A stretch of DNA of 62,540 nucleotides, the filler included, from Choristocarpus tenellus KU-1152 (Eukaryota; Protista; Phaeophyceae), in assembly GCA_964200185.2 (NCBI GenBank). It is 12 parts of 12 records of this genome, joined end to end, with 100 filler letters (N's around TTAATTAATTAA, not from the genome) between each part and the next. Parts side by side here need not be neighbours in the genome. Positions count along the whole stretch, not along the records: positions 32,119 to 36,577 come from CAXNAD020014449.1; positions 36,678 to 43,800 come from CAXNAD020006655.1; positions 43,901 to 46,625 come from CAXNAD020025286.1; positions 46,726 to 51,053 come from CAXNAD020015103.1; 8 more parts are not named here. One strand, given 5' to 3'. The notes beneath the pieces were generated by a model, which did not search any database, was not told where the DNA came from, and saw only the letters and a program-made list of their open reading frames with translations. Position numbers and translations under genes: made by a program. Shown here one piece after another: positions 34,747-48,248 of the stretch; within the stretch, counting starts at the first letter, position 1; every line of letters starts with the position of its first letter.

Positions 34747-36677
34747 GAATGTTCAACCAGACAGACAAAACAATGTTTCTTTCCACTCTGCTCAATTTTT
34801 TCTTCCTTGTTCAACAATCACATTGCTCTATGCACGCAATTTGTACCCCAATGTATCTCCTTGCAGTGTGACAATCACTCACACTTAGTTGTTTGTCAAT
34901 ACTGTTTACCCCATCCTCTTTGCCTCTTCTCATGAGGTCGTGACCTAAGTCTGTCTGGCGCGGTTCTTCCGACCACAACACAACACCATAGGAACACATT
35001 TATAATCTTGTCGGATGTCACTCATCATTTCACAACAATGCAGGCTGTTGTAATGCTACCACACAGTAACAATATCCTTGTTAACAAAATATGCATCGTA
35101 CTGTTAAGACCTCGAGGCTAATGTGCTGATGATCCAGGCAACAATGAAGAATTCGAGAACTGTAGAAAGAGCAGCAGTGTCCGGATCACCAGCTGCAAGA
35201 AGTTCAGAGCCACTTAGAGCAACAAACGTTACAAATCAGAAGTGTCAGCAAGAATCATCACACACAATGAGGCTCTGGCACTGCTACCTTTGACTCTCCT
35301 CTCTCAATCGAGAGCATGGAGACCACTCTGGTGTACCACTACAATCACCCCCATAGGTGTTGAAACCCCTGCTTCATTTTTTTTTGTTATTTTCTGGTCG
35401 ATGTTGGAAGTCAATATAATCTGTCGTGTATATATGATGTCAAACCCAGCTCACATCTCAAACTTATGTGCTGTCACCTTGCATGCCGCAACTAGTCCAG
35501 ATCATCTTGGCAGAGGCCCCCATATAACATCAGCCCTCTGAGGTACCAGGTTGAGATTAGCTTAACGAACAATCACCTCTTGACCAGCTGCCATTTCTTC
35601 TTACATTGAGTGAGGCAGACTTAATAACTCCCTAAACCCAACTGAATAATTTGCACCCATAGTACAGTAGTTACTTGTATAAAAAAGGTACAATGCAATG
35701 CACAAGAAAGGTATACAGGGAGCACGGCAGGAGCCACAAAGGAGAGCAACATGCCTAGCTAAGGATCAGAGAAAGACAGTCTTAGGTCATACAAAGCACT
35801 ACTACTGTTCACAGCAAGAAGAGAGGGGGACCTATGGCAGCCAATGCATGATTATCCTGCCCCAGAGCAAAATAAAACCACTCTAAAAGAGGAAAAACAT
35901 TGCTCGAGGTTGAGGGCGACCAAGGAGATGCTGACAAGACGCAGGGGTAACCTTGAGGTGTGAGGAATCCAACACCTTGAAGGGGCTAATCAGGAAACAA
36001 AAACCCCTAACAAGTAGTCCCGACCCTCGGAGATATCTTACAGCATCACTCTACAAGAACGCTGAGTGAGATAAGTTTCTAAGTAAATGCGCAGGTGCAC
36101 CCAATATGCAAAGCTACAGCACCTTCCTCATTGCCTTCATCCGCTGAAGAATCAAACCAAGGAAAAGCTCAAGAGCGTTCTCTTTACCAACACCGTATTT
36201 CCATTCACCCCTCACTACAACGTGTTGGGGAGTACATACATATTGCAAAGCCTTGCAGACCAACACATGCACACATCCTTTACCAGACAAATGTAGAAAA
36301 CCTCAGCTCCTATCCATCGCCACCATGCCCCCCTGCTTCCTTCCATACAATTTTACCTCACTTCCCCATCCATATACTGCCCCCACCTACTCACCCCCCA
36401 ACAACTATTACGCTTCACGCTCAGGCAATCTGAGCCTCACCACAACCCCGCCTGCCTAAGAAACCACAACAACACCAGGCAAGTGTAGACGCACCACCCC
36501 CAACTAACCCCCCCGGCTCTCGCAACTTGCCTCTACAAGCCCCTTCACCAACAAACACACCTCCCAACAACATCTTCNNNNNNNNNNNNNNNNNNNNNNN
36601 NNNNNNNNNNNNNNNNNNNNNTTAATTAATTAANNNNNNNNNNNNNNNNNNNNNNNNNNNNNNNNNNNNNNNNNNNN

Positions 36678-37675
36678 CAGATCCCTCTGACCCGCTCAAC
36701 CCCACCCCCTTCCGAGTCTTGTTCGGTCATGACCCCCGCACACAGCTAGACGCAGTCATACCGAAGTTGGATGGGACGCAGATGTTGGAGGATTGGACTC
36801 CTTCATAGAGCAACGAAGACAGAACTTCAGGGAGGTACGAGAAGTCCTGGAGAGAAGGATGTCCGCTAGACAGAGACAAGAGAGAGAGAGAGAGCCAATG
36901 CTTTGATAGCTAGGTCTTCACCTGGACTCGGATCCAAACTAGGTGACCTAGTTCTAGTAAAAGAAGCGGGCAGCTCTGTTTATGGGGAAAACTTAGGTCA
37001 GACAAGAGTGGGCAGGAAGCTAGTCCATGAAAGGTAGACAGGATCGTGGAATGTGAAAGAAACTTCACATAAGAGCAATAGCATGACAGTAGAACTGCTA
37101 GGCAGGCAAACGCGCACGCGTAATGTTCATGCTTCTTGTGCAAAACCCTTTCATGTAAGACCCGTTCACCTGAGGCATAGCTTCCAGGAGGAATATGCTC
37201 AACTAGTGTGGGAGTCGGACCTAGGTTTGTCAGAATAATCTATGGTAGCAACCCCTATTTGTACACAGACAGGAGAGCAGTATTGTCGTCATCCAATGTA
37301 TGGCACTGGGAGTACAAGGGAAAGTACCAGAATGGAGAATTGTCAGGTTGGATTACCGAGGAAGAGGCTATAGATAGATTCACCCCACTACAGCTAGATG
37401 TATTCCATGCCCTCTGGGACCTCTATAATCCAGACACGAGCCCACGTCCTACTGACACCTCCCGCCAAGGAAAACCCTTGTCTAGAGAGGATGCATTACG
37501 CCTCTTCCCCACAGGTACTACTGTCAAGAAGTCATGGAAAGACGAGAAGGGAAATGATAAGTGGTACATAGGTACAGTTTTTGACTTCAAGTCACCCTAC
37601 TCGAGAGTACGGTTTAATGATGGGGATTGGGAAGAAATGAACAAAAGTGAAATGAGTCGTTTCTCCCAAAAATAA
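36678..37675 (+). pseudogene. Ty3/Gypsy pol 3' end: integrase C-terminus + chromodomain-like + Tudor-like domain (frameshifted)
   Basis: TPFRVLFGHDPRTQLD (integrase tail), HER*TGSWNV (GPY/F-like), WEYKGKYQNGELSGWITEEEA (chromo-like), FPTGTTVKKSW..KWYIGTVFDFKSPYSRVRFNDGDWEEM (Tudor-like). Confidence 0.8.
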
Positions 37676-37792
37676 TCCAACAGATAACCACTACGCATCC
37701 AGAAGGCAAGGTAAGTGAAGACCAACCGATTCATAGGCCAGCGTTGATGTTATGGCCTGTTTTACGCTCTAGCAGACGTCGGTATGCTTCAT

Positions 37793-37960
37793 GCTGGGGG
37801 GCATGAGACAGGCAATAATCATATGATACTTTGCACTCTAGGAAAGCTATACTTTGGAGAGAATGAATATATCCTCAGAACTAGGCTAGACGCAGGCAGA
37901 TCTCCCCAACTAAGATAAGGATACATGTTTAGTCCTAGTAGGAGTTGGGCATATTTTCTT
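37793..37960 (+). mobile_element. Polypurine tract and start of the 3' LTR of the Gypsy element
   Basis: GCTGGGGGGCA|TGAGACAGGC about 120 bp after the pol stop; same PPT/LTR junction pattern as CTGGGGGACA|TGTTACAGGC at 39005; LTR right end not defined. Confidence 0.6.
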
Positions 37961-38498
37961 TGCTCTTCCTTCTCCCCAGTACAGGATGATCTGAGGCGAT
38001 TGATGATGTCTATTGTCTTCACCAGTGACAACCACTTGTAGTAAACGTTGATATATTAGATACATTTTACTTTTGTTTATCTTGCATTTTTTTGGTATTG
38101 ATTTCATTTTGTTATTCTGAAGTCCCAGCTCAAAAGAAGAAGTATATGTAGATCTGGCAGACACAATTTGAATAAGAGTACATCCTATGACCTTGTGGAT
38201 GGACTCTTCTTAAAAGAGTTGTGGAGATGAATAACATTTATGACTAAGGTGATCGGAACTCGGGTCCCATTCATTTTAGGCCATGTCAGAGATGGATACT
38301 TTGCAACTTTTGAAGATGCTTCAGAAAGAGCAAGTATACACTCAGACTAGCCGAAATATATATTATAATCTGTGCCTCTTAGGATAAATTATCCCAAGAA
38401 AGACATGGATATATGTTGATCGATTCTGGACCTAGTTGAAGTTATATATTTTGAATAAAATATATACTCCAATTAGCTCAGACATTTATTGATTATCA

Positions 38499-38740
38499 GA
38501 GTGAAAGTATCTTAGAGGGTACGAGGTTTCCCCTGTTAGTCCATTTGGGGCTTGCCTTCCCGTGGTCTCTTATTAGGACATTCTCCTACTCCAAAATGTA
38601 TACCTTATGAAAAGGTGTGTCCGGAACAAGGATATTGACACTACCTAACCAACATGATAGCCAAGATTACCTCAAAATATCAACATTGGATTTTGGACCC
38701 CAAATGGACGCGGCTCTACTCTCTAAGGATACTTTGGCTC
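38499..38740 (-). mobile_element. MITE family B, full copy
   Basis: GAGTGAAAGTATCTT...GATACTTTGGCTC; 4-bp TSD ATCA. Confidence 0.92.
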
Positions 38741-39004
38741 ATCACTGTGTCTTAAAACGTTTGAGGAAATATTCTCGAGAAGAAACTGGGAGATATGTCA
38801 ATCATTGGTTGTAACTATCTGGAATTTGGAACCGAGGCCCCTGGGTTGGAAGCAACTGACGAGTTTGGAACTGGAGCCCCTCTTTTGCTTGATAGCAACT
38901 AACTCATGCTGCTACAGCGTGATCTGAGGTGACATGTAATATCTATTGTCTTAATCGGTGACAATCGCCTCTAGTAAGCGTGAAACATGTATACCTAGTT
39001 CAAT

Positions 39005-39459
39005 CTGGGGGACATGTTACAGGCGAATAGTGCAAGTATTTCTTCCCGTGCTTTAACTGGCGCGAGCAGTATACACGCGTGGGGAACCGCAAAAGGGGGA
39101 ACACCGATTTGCCTAAAAGTTGCAGAATAAACTGTAACTCGGGTAGTTGCAGAGGGTCATGGATGGATGGTCGGAAAGGGTTCTCAGATACATACCCGTA
39201 TTTACAAACCCGAAAAACCCCAAACGGCAAATGATGATTAGAGTTCCTAAAAACGGCTCAAAACGGCTCAGTTATTCTGACCGAAAAAGACGCTCATAGC
39301 TCACTCTTAACCTGATGATGTAAAACTGTATATACTTTTCTTATACTGAGTGATTCATTTAATAGTACCCCTGTTCAGCTGAGCTGACGTTTGATAATCT
39401 GTGAATTGGACTTGACTTGTACATCCTGGGAAGGTGAGCATTGAGGGGTGCCTGTAACA
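39005..39459 (+). mobile_element. PPT + 3' LTR (family D)
   Basis: CTGGGGGACA then TGTTACAGGCG...GTGCCTGTAACA (LTR 39015-39459). Confidence 0.85.
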
Positions 39460-39885
39460 TATACCCACGTGCTATCAAAAAACGAAGCACAGCCAGTAGT
39501 GTGGACCTCCTCTGATACGGTTCTGGAAGAGATTGCCCAGGTAGCATACGATGTTGGCTCTTGTGTGTATGTAGAGAAGAATCTTCTTAGAGAGTAAAAC
39601 ATGTAGGAAGTAATGTTTATGATGATTTTCATTGATGAAACTTTACACTCCTCATCATAGCATACCATTTTCCTGAATTTCGTACCTTCCACTCACCCAT
39701 ACACCAAACACTTGACCTTCCTCATAACACTACTATTGTACACGTCATTATTGGCATACTTCGATAACATCCTGTAAATCGATGTAGCATGGTGGATAGC
39801 AACACCGTCTATGCCTAGCCCGAACGTGGGCTATACATTAAGAAAGCAATGACGAGATAATTCCTAATGCGAGGGGCATGTTCAT

Positions 39886-40089
39886 GCTTCCTATGTTTTT
39901 TTAATGACATTTTCCTCGCCAAAAGTTTTTCAGAGTAGGTAAAATATATACGTTATGAAAAAGTGTATCTGGAACAAGGATATTGACACTTCCTAACAAA
40001 CACGATAACCAAAATTATACATCAAAATCGCAACATTGGATTTTGACCCCGAAATAGACGCGACCCTACCCTCTAAGATACTTTGGCTC
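39886..40089 (-). mobile_element. MITE family B, truncated
   Basis: B core and ...CCCTCTAAGATACTTTGGCTC end. Confidence 0.85.
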
Positions 40090-41739
40090 TTCACCAAAGC
40101 CGGGCACAAAATATGTTGGAACTGTTTATCGAGAGGAACGCGTACATAGAAACTGGCGGAATACACGTGACATACTGTGAAGAGCTCGTTGTCGATGAAG
40201 GCTTGACCCCGAATGAGCGTGTTGGACAAGGTAAGTTTTGCGACATTGGTTGGGTGGAGGGTCGTGCCTACAGGGTCAAATAACCGCTTGGGTACATGAT
40301 GATGGCACCCACATGCTAATACTATGTAAACGGACGAAAGTCGCAGCATCCGTCAAGGATGCTAAATCATTATGGTGTTTACGAGATTGGTCATTCAGGA
40401 ACACTCCCGAATGAGCTGCACAGAGGGTGCACGTTGCTGGTAGGGGGACTCACCTTCTGGTTCCCTTTGGAGGCATGGCGGCATTTGATGGTTGGACTAA
40501 GCCTCTCTTTTTATCACGTGATGTCTGCATCAGGTTGGCAAATTGCAAATGGGACAGGGGAAACCGACAGAAGGAGAGAGAGAAAATGTTTTGCGCATCG
40601 AATCAGGTCCAGAGAGGATGGCATGTCGCGGTCGGGTTACATTATCCTCAAGCCATACGCACCTGATCACCTTGCACGAAGAGGAAGACCTGTCATCTTT
40701 TTCCCTTCCGAAAAGCCCGGCATTTAGTGTTACGCACAGCGCACAGGGATAGTAACAGACGAGCCCGATCCTCATGGAAGGAATACACACCTGTCTCCCT
40801 TGATCAAGGGATTATGGTCTTTCGACCTCTATTTTCTTGTCGGTTGTATAACAGCAATCTAACCCTAATAATCAACGAAAGAACAACCGCCCTTACCGAA
40901 CGTTGTACCCCTACAAGAGAGTAGTATCTATATCCAGGTCCTAAACAGGCTAGTTCGAGTGTTCCTTTTCCTCCAGAATCAAGTAGGAAATTTAAAAAGG
41001 GGAATTTTGCTCTCTTCGCATATATATATATATATATCTGTGACGACGTTGAACTAGAATAAATAAAAGTATATATATTTACAACTCTCCATCCTCTATT
41101 ACTTCATGAGTGCGACAGGGTCAAAACATCGAATTTGCATCTTCTTTTCACATAATTTGCACATTTGAAGAATTATATTATAGTTTTAACAAAACACTTT
41201 AGCCAACCACATACAAGACTAACCCCACACTTGTTCACTCATTCAACAATAAACCAACGGCCCTGGACAATATAGAGGATTCGGTGTCGCAGTTCTTCGA
41301 GAGGATCATACACATCGCACCGCAGATGTAGGATGGCCTCCTGTCAGTCACTTAGGGATCTGGCTAACAAGGGGAATGAACTCGTGGACTCCGGAGGGGT
41401 AGACCCAAGGACATCCCAAGGGTAAGGCCAGGCCTCCATCGCAGCTAGACATACTCCAACGTAGCCTGTGTGTTCTGAATTTACCGCTACGAGGGATTAG
41501 CGCTTGAAGACTAGACATAGCGAAGAATATGGTCACCATATCCCTATGAAATCACATATTTGCATCGGAATCAGAGACACGTGGTGTTCACCAGTTACAC
41601 CGTTGCTCTGAACTGGTGATGCACATGTCCTCTCCTCAACATTTTTGACGAAACCTAGCGATGAAGATCGTGTCCTCCGATGCATCGATTCCGATATATG
41701 TATCGTAATTAAACGATACTCCTTTCTGTACCTGTTTCC

Positions 41740-41835
41740 AATCCCAACCAACCCTAACACCTATCCAACCCTAATATACCTGTCTCAATCCTAACCCTGT
41801 GCATCAACCCTAACACCATCCCCTGATCCTTACAA
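41740..41835. repeat. Degenerate CCCTAA-like (telomere-type) tract
   Basis: Several AACCCTAA/ATCCTAACCCT motifs. Confidence 0.45.
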
Positions 41836-42836
41836 TCCCGAACATATGCCAACACATGTTTTGCTCTTCCTTCATCAACCTACCTCATGTAGTTTTTGCT
41901 ATACTTTACGGTACGACAACGTATGACAAAAGTTGCGCCGGTCCACATAACGACTTATTTGACGGCATACTCCTCCAATCCATCATCCTCGATTTCCCAA
42001 CAACTCAAGTGCAGTCTCATATCCCCTGTAGAGAGGGAGGCACAAACAATGGTAATTGCACCTGGTGATATATGTAGACCTACACCACATGAAACGTTCG
42101 GTATCCCTTCCACCAAAAACCCATCCTATAACATAGTTTTCCATAAGACAGAAAACGTCAATTGTAGTACATAGATACACGTGAATATGTTTGGAGGTGA
42201 CTCCCACCAAGCATTTGTCAACCGTTTTCCAAAAACTCAGATCAAAGCATATACTCTGCCGTACGACAAACTACCTCAATTCACTTCGTCCTAAGTGCTT
42301 TATGGGATGTTATCCATAACATTTTGATGTGGCTCGTGTGTGCCCGCATACGTGATGCACACCTTTCAGGATATTCTAACCGAGGTGATTTCGGTCCTCG
42401 ATGCATCATCCAACACCCCGTTGTCGATGTGTTGAACGTGGGGTGTCACCCAACAGGGCCCTACTCCGTCGAACACTTCATGACCAAATATTGTACCTTC
42501 CCCCTTGTCCGAACAACATGGTAGCATTACCGATGTTGGCATCATCGACATTGAACTCGAGTGTCAAAGGGAAACAAACCCACTAACCCATATCGTAACC
42601 TCACTTAAATCCCACTCAGGAAACTGGGACTCAAGAGACTGCCCAAGACCAGTGCCGCTCGTTTGTGGAAGAAATCCAAAACGGACCAGATCATGGACCT
42701 CTTCCTCTCCATGTTTGTCAACCGTGATGGTTGAGAGGAGATGGAAGAAACCGGTCACACTTGGAACGACCTTGCCTCCTCTTGGTTATTGGATGAGATA
42801 AGCAAGTTTGCACCATTGGCGAGAGCGCTGTGAGTT

Positions 42837-43288
42837 GTGTTGGCTCAGGAACAACGCGAGTCCACGCCTGATCTCCAGTTCAAGACATTCCTAGAATGTG
42901 TAAAGAAATATCTTAGCACCGAGCACACTCGCCAGATATACAACTCCATCCTCGTCGGCATCGCTCTTGATGTTGAAATACTGGATAATGGGGTGAGATC
43001 GACTTTTCAACGCCTTCTATCCGTCACAGCAAGAAAATACAACATCAAGGTCGAAACATCAATTTCGTCCGTGAAGAAACGCACTGAATTTATACGAGTT
43101 ATGGGGCAACAGACGAGTCCCTCTGCAGCGCCTGCCAAGGACGCTGGAGGATCGTCTCCTGTATCCGATACTCACGCCCTTCTGTGCTCTCTACAAGGCA
43201 CTACCCAGAGGTATGGAAGTTCCTACTCACCAACCATCAACAGTGTGACACACACAACTTCGCCCCCGGGCGAACATGTCTCCTGTAT
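42837..43288 (+). pseudogene. Open segment of an unidentified decayed gene, interrupted by a MITE
   Basis: 150 open codons with protein-like composition; coding-like flanks at 42200-42800 and 43546-43800 carry stops. Confidence 0.35.
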
Positions 43289-43545
43289 GATTCAAAGTAT
43301 CTCGGAGGGTAGGGCCTCGTCCATTTGCGGACCAAAATCCAGTGTTGAAATGTTCATGAAATTTTGGCTATCGTGCTTGTTAGAAAGTGTCCATATCCTT
43401 GTTCCAGACACATCTTTTCATAACATACATTATACCTCACTCCGAAATGTTCGGAGAAGGTAAATTGCCATAAAGAACCCCTGGGAAGCGCCGCCCCAAA
43501 TGGACAAACAGCGTAAAATTCCTACCCTCTAACTCACTCTCACTC
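43289..43545 (+). mobile_element. MITE family B, full copy
   Basis: GATTCAAAGTATCTCGGAGGGTA...CTACCCTCTAA..CACTC; TAT on both flanks. Confidence 0.88.
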
Positions 43546-43900
43546 TATGTCCAAGAATAATTGAATCATTCACAGATGCTTGGATGATCCTTTATATCGT
43601 GGTGCGCAACTGATACCCGCCCCACATGTTCAATCGCTACCTCAGACAAAATGGCAGACCAAGGGTGTTCGACGTGGGAAGGGAGAGCAGACAGTTCGAT
43701 GTGCAGCATCCTGATACACATGTTCTTGGGATTACCGTATGGGAGAGCAATAGCACCGCCATACCCCACGATCCGATCACGTCTCATGATCCCACTCAGG
43801 NNNNNNNNNNNNNNNNNNNNNNNNNNNNNNNNNNNNNNNNNNNNTTAATTAATTAANNNNNNNNNNNNNNNNNNNNNNNNNNNNNNNNNNNNNNNNNNNN

Positions 43901-43921
43901 CCCCCCCAGATACTTTGGGTC
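43901..43921. mobile_element. MITE A terminus at contig start
   Basis: CCCCCCCAGATACTTTGGGTC. Confidence 0.7.
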
Positions 43922-45904
43922 TCGCGACCTATATCCTAGCATGTACTGCGTAGAACGAATTATTAAGGCATTGGCAAGTAGTCGTATTGTGCGATCACAA
44001 GTTGTGTTTCTTGCGCATGACTGCAATGGATTTGGAACATTTTATTTTCTTCCTCAGACATTGAGTGCAGCTCTTGTTTGACGAGTTACTACTTGCGCAA
44101 ATATTACCGTTGTACTTCTAGAGATAGAGGACCTTGAGGGCACCACCATTGGAATCGATAGGTCTAATGAAATTCGTGAACCCTGTAAAATTTCTTGCCT
44201 CTCTTCTCTGACAAGAGGTTTCTTCCTATGCTCTCGCAGTTCAAGGCTTAACTCAGGCTATTGACGCTTCATGTCTGAGATTTACCTTGGACATGAAGAA
44301 ACATATTTGAATCAAACAGGACTGTTGAGTGTGAGTGGGTAGTGTTACTGGCCTTTAAAGACATGTGCCTTTGCCTCTTTAGTAGAACCATGTCAAAACC
44401 TTCTGGGGTGCTATCTCCATAATCGTTTACTACATAGCAGGAACGTTTGCCACACCACCCCACCTTATTTCAATTTCCTTTGGATAAGGTAGGTGTGAGA
44501 TCATTGCAAGCTTACCATCTAGTTGGTGGGATCCACTGCCCATGGGGGATGGCAGAGATGACCAACCTTGTGAAGGAGCGGGTAGGTTGCCCAGATAGTA
44601 GCTAATGAAGGAAACCCAACGCTGGTGGGAAGGTCATGGTTAGAGGTTGGCGATAAAGCATAGTAGAACTTGCCCTTGATAAGTACAGGAAAATGGCGTT
44701 GATGCAGCCAGTAGAGGGCATCAGCATTATCTGCACAATGTAAGGTTGACACTGATCCAAGTTGCTCAACAGGGCGTGTCTGGTACCTGTATTCCACACT
44801 CACCTGTAAGTGCACAGATCATACAAGTAAGCAACGCCACTCTCTGCCTTCCCGCATTTTGTATCAGGCTCCTGCTTGTCTTGCAGATATATTGATGCCT
44901 TTGAAGGTGAGGACATATCACCCACGTTTTCATACGTTGGCACACATTGAGCTCTTACACGTTTTATGTAATGGTAGTACGTGTCTCCTTCTTCAACAGG
45001 TTTATGTTGATGTTACAACAGGTTGACCTTGAAGGGAGTATTTCTACGAGAGGCATTGTATTAACTCTGATGGCAAGGAACCTCTGCTACGTCGATAATA
45101 GGGTTGAATATAGAGCCATAGGTACTCAGGACCTGAGCACTATGTTGGACTACTGTGTTGCCTTGGAGGAATACAATTGTAGGTTGTGCTGGTACTCTTG
45201 TTAGAAATGGGACAGTCAGATTTTCCACAGTAATAGATGATTTTTCCAAGCAAAAAGTGACTCTCTACCAAGTCTTACTTATAAATAGCCACTGTAGACT
45301 GAGCTCCTTACAATGTGCAAAGTGGAGATATTTTTGCAGCGTGCTTTAGACCAGCAGGCTTATTTATTAGAAGGCGACCTGGGTACTGAAGATGTACATT
45401 ATTATTCCTAGTTCTCTGACACAGAGTGCAAGGAAAAATCGCAGTGATTTGAATATTGGTCTTGTTTGGAGAACCAGCACAAGCTCTAGGGATATTATTA
45501 ATGTTAGCCTAGACACTTCCACCCTCTACTTGACCTGCTTCTACTTTATGTATTCCTCTAGTCAAAGTAACAAGCAATTGTGCCAGTATCTGACTCAACA
45601 TTGTTAATGAACTCTGTTTTCCAACCAGAGGAGGAGGTTGAAGAACAACTTTTGACTTCTCCTCTCCATGTCCAAAACAAAACCAACCTCAATCCCTGCT
45701 ATCTAAGGGACTTTCCCATGCTTGGTGCCTAACCACCTACCGATCCGCAAGTTTATAACATCCCGACTTGAAAAGGGATTAACTTCACCACACCTGCGCT
45801 TGGGATACATACATAAACACATACATACATAATGTATGTGTACCTTCCTCAAAGCGTTTCAATGTGCAACAAGCACAAGATCGAAACCCTATGAAAACAC
45901 AAAC

Positions 45905-46351
45905 TTAGTGCACCCCTCCCATGTTCCCCCCCTCCTCTTCAATCCCAGTGTAGCCTCTGTGCGCAATCCTTACACTGGCTACAAAAAACACAGCACAGCA
46001 TAGCATTGCACCTCCAATAGCACCTACTATGAGCGTATGAAACCTACTAAAACCTTCCATCCTGTTTCTCTCTTCAACCCCTTGGTTCTCAATTTTGTCA
46101 CTTCCAGGTTCGCCCTCTGGTGTGACAAACAATGCCACCCCTGCATCTTGAAGAGTAGAAGGAATTTCAAAATCAGACCAATCTGTGGCATGGAGGTCCC
46201 TGAGAAATCCAATACCTTCTGCAGAGGCTACCTCACTCTTCTCCACCAACCCATACATACCACCTGTCAGGAGACCGCCAGAGACCTCTTCCTCCTCCTG
46301 GGAGTCTGGAATTGCAAAAAAGCACTCAGACTCAAAGGAGTTCTTCGCCAT
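45905..46351 (-). CDS. Probable terminal exon of a type I membrane protein
   Basis: 148-aa ORF with a C-terminal hydrophobic helix (LIVGAIGGAMLCCAVFFVASV) and short tail RGYTGI; splice acceptor not clear. Confidence 0.55.
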   Translation of the reverse strand: MAKNSFESECFFAIPDSQEEEEVSGGLLTGGMYGLVEKSEVASAEGIGFLRDLHATDWSDFEIPSTLQDAGVALFVTPEGEPGSDKIENQGVEERNRMEGFSRFHTLIVGAIGGAMLCCAVFFVASVRIAHRGYTGIEEEGGNMGGVH

Positions 46352-46424
46352 TATCAGCCAGGAGGTTTAAGGGGAGGGTGTGTACAAGGTTTGGGGTTGG
46401 AGTTGTGTTGTGGGAATAGCAGGG

Positions 46425-46609
46425 AATCCAAAGTATCTGGGAGGAGGGGGGGTCTACACCAGGGTGTCCATTTGGATCAAAATCAGGAAAAGTGTATTCA
46501 TTTACAGTATCCATCTGACGTATGCAACCAAATCACCCAAAAATCGCGACATGAAAAAATTGACCCAAAATGGACAGCCGCCACCCCCCCCCCCCAGCTA
46601 CTTTGAGCC
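46425..46609 (-). mobile_element. MITE family A, full copy
   Basis: TIRs and complete A core; no TSD visible. Confidence 0.9.
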
Positions 46610-46799
46610 ATTTAGTAGAAGATACNNNNNNNNNNNNNNNNNNNNNNNNNNNNNNNNNNNNNNNNNNNNTTAATTAATTAANNNNNNNNNNNNNNNNNNN
46701 NNNNNNNNNNNNNNNNNNNNNNNNNTTTTTTTTTTTTTACCTCCCCCCCCTCTCACTTTCCCCCTTTTTCACCCCCCCCCCTTCCTTTTTTTTCCCCCC

Positions 46800-46829
46800 C
46801 CCCCCCCCCCCCCTTAGATACTTTGAGCC
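46800..46829. mobile_element. MITE terminus remnant
   Basis: poly-C + TTAGATACTTTGAGCC. Confidence 0.6.
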
Positions 46830-48009
46830 CAGGATTTGTCATTTTTGTGAGTTAGGGGTACAGATGGTTCATAAAATGCCTGAGCGAGTGCTGCAGCAGC
46901 GGTAGCTACATCGGAGTGCTTGCATGACGTTGGTTTGAGTGTGTGAGTGAATGTACAGGAAAATTTTGTTGTGTGTGTTGTGGGATGGTGGTGGATGCTT
47001 CAGTAGTGCTTCTCAAGGTTGTTTGTTATGTGATGTGTTGGGGGGGTAAGGTCCATTGGGGACGGTAGTGACTCCCGGTATGAGAGGAAGAACTGGTGTG
47101 GGTGGGTGTTTGCTTGTCAGATTTGGCAGCTTGGAATCCCGATGATCGGGTGGATGACAAAGATCGAAAACCTGATGGAGTGGTAGGGGTGTGAAAGGCG
47201 TTCGTTGTGTGCAGTTCATGTACACTTGGCATGTCAAAGGCATCGTGTCCACTGCAATCCCTCCATGCTGTTGCTGCTAGAGCAGATGAGGTTGTGTGAC
47301 GTGGTTGCTTCAGTTGGTTGACGTTTGTTCTTCCTGGGGTTTCTGTTGTGATGCGTGGGGTATGGTGTTCAGGTATATAGATAGATATATGCGCGATTAT
47401 CGATGGGGTTTTTCTGAGGTCACGTTATTGCGTTGTTGTTGTGTTGTTGTTGTGTTGTTGTTGTGTTGACGTGTCGGTTACCGTTTTGATCTTGGTTGCA
47501 TGGCTCTTGAATGCGATCGGGTTCCGTTTTTGTTTTTGTTCTTCTTGGAAAAGTTTTTAAATTTTTATTTTTTTATTTTTTTATTTTTTTCTCCTTTTAT
47601 GGTTTTTTTTACCCATGGTTCTAAGGCCTGCCCAACCCACGTGAAAGATAAATAATAACAAAAAGGTGGCGAAGGATTGGTGCTTCCTCTGGTTGGAAGA
47701 CTTTTTTTTTGTTATGGTGTTTTGTACCATGTTTTGTGGAGGTACATGTTGCCTCATCTATTGGTCCAATCTCCACACATAAATGGTGGAGAGGTGGAGG
47801 TATTGTGGGAAAAATGATAGTAAAAAGCATTGATGAAATCAAATTTGGTCTGTTCTTGTCTTAAAAATGGACACGTGGGGTTTTTGGCAGATGTCATTGT
47901 CCTCAACATGATCTATCGAATGCGCTGTACTCAATTATATTTTTTCTTGTATGGGAGAAAGTATGGTTGGCGTTTTAGGTGCCCAAGACGTAGTCGTGTT
48001 ACTTGTTGT

Positions 48010-48165
48010 ATATACTGTGATGTATTGTATACACTATGGTGTATTATGTATGCTATGGTGTATTGTATATAGTATGATGTATTATGTATACTATGATGTA
48101 TTATATATACTATGATGTATTGTATACACTATGATGTATTTTAATTCTATAAATGTATTGTATAG
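48010..48165. repeat. Intronic minisatellite of about 19-21 bp
   Basis: Repeated TATA(C/G)TATG(A/G)TGTATT(G/A). Confidence 0.85.
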
Positions 48166-48248
48166 TTGGCTATAGCTCTCTGCTTCTGTGGTATTTATGA
48201 TACTTCCTCCTCCCTTTGCTTTGTTCTTTTTTTTTGCCTTGCCTGCAG

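Noticed and set aside
40083-40790. Overlapping ORFs as a viral or TE gene
   Set aside because: No recognisable motif on either strand
44947-45349. Possible Copia RNase H remnant
   Set aside because: Motif similarity too weak to support
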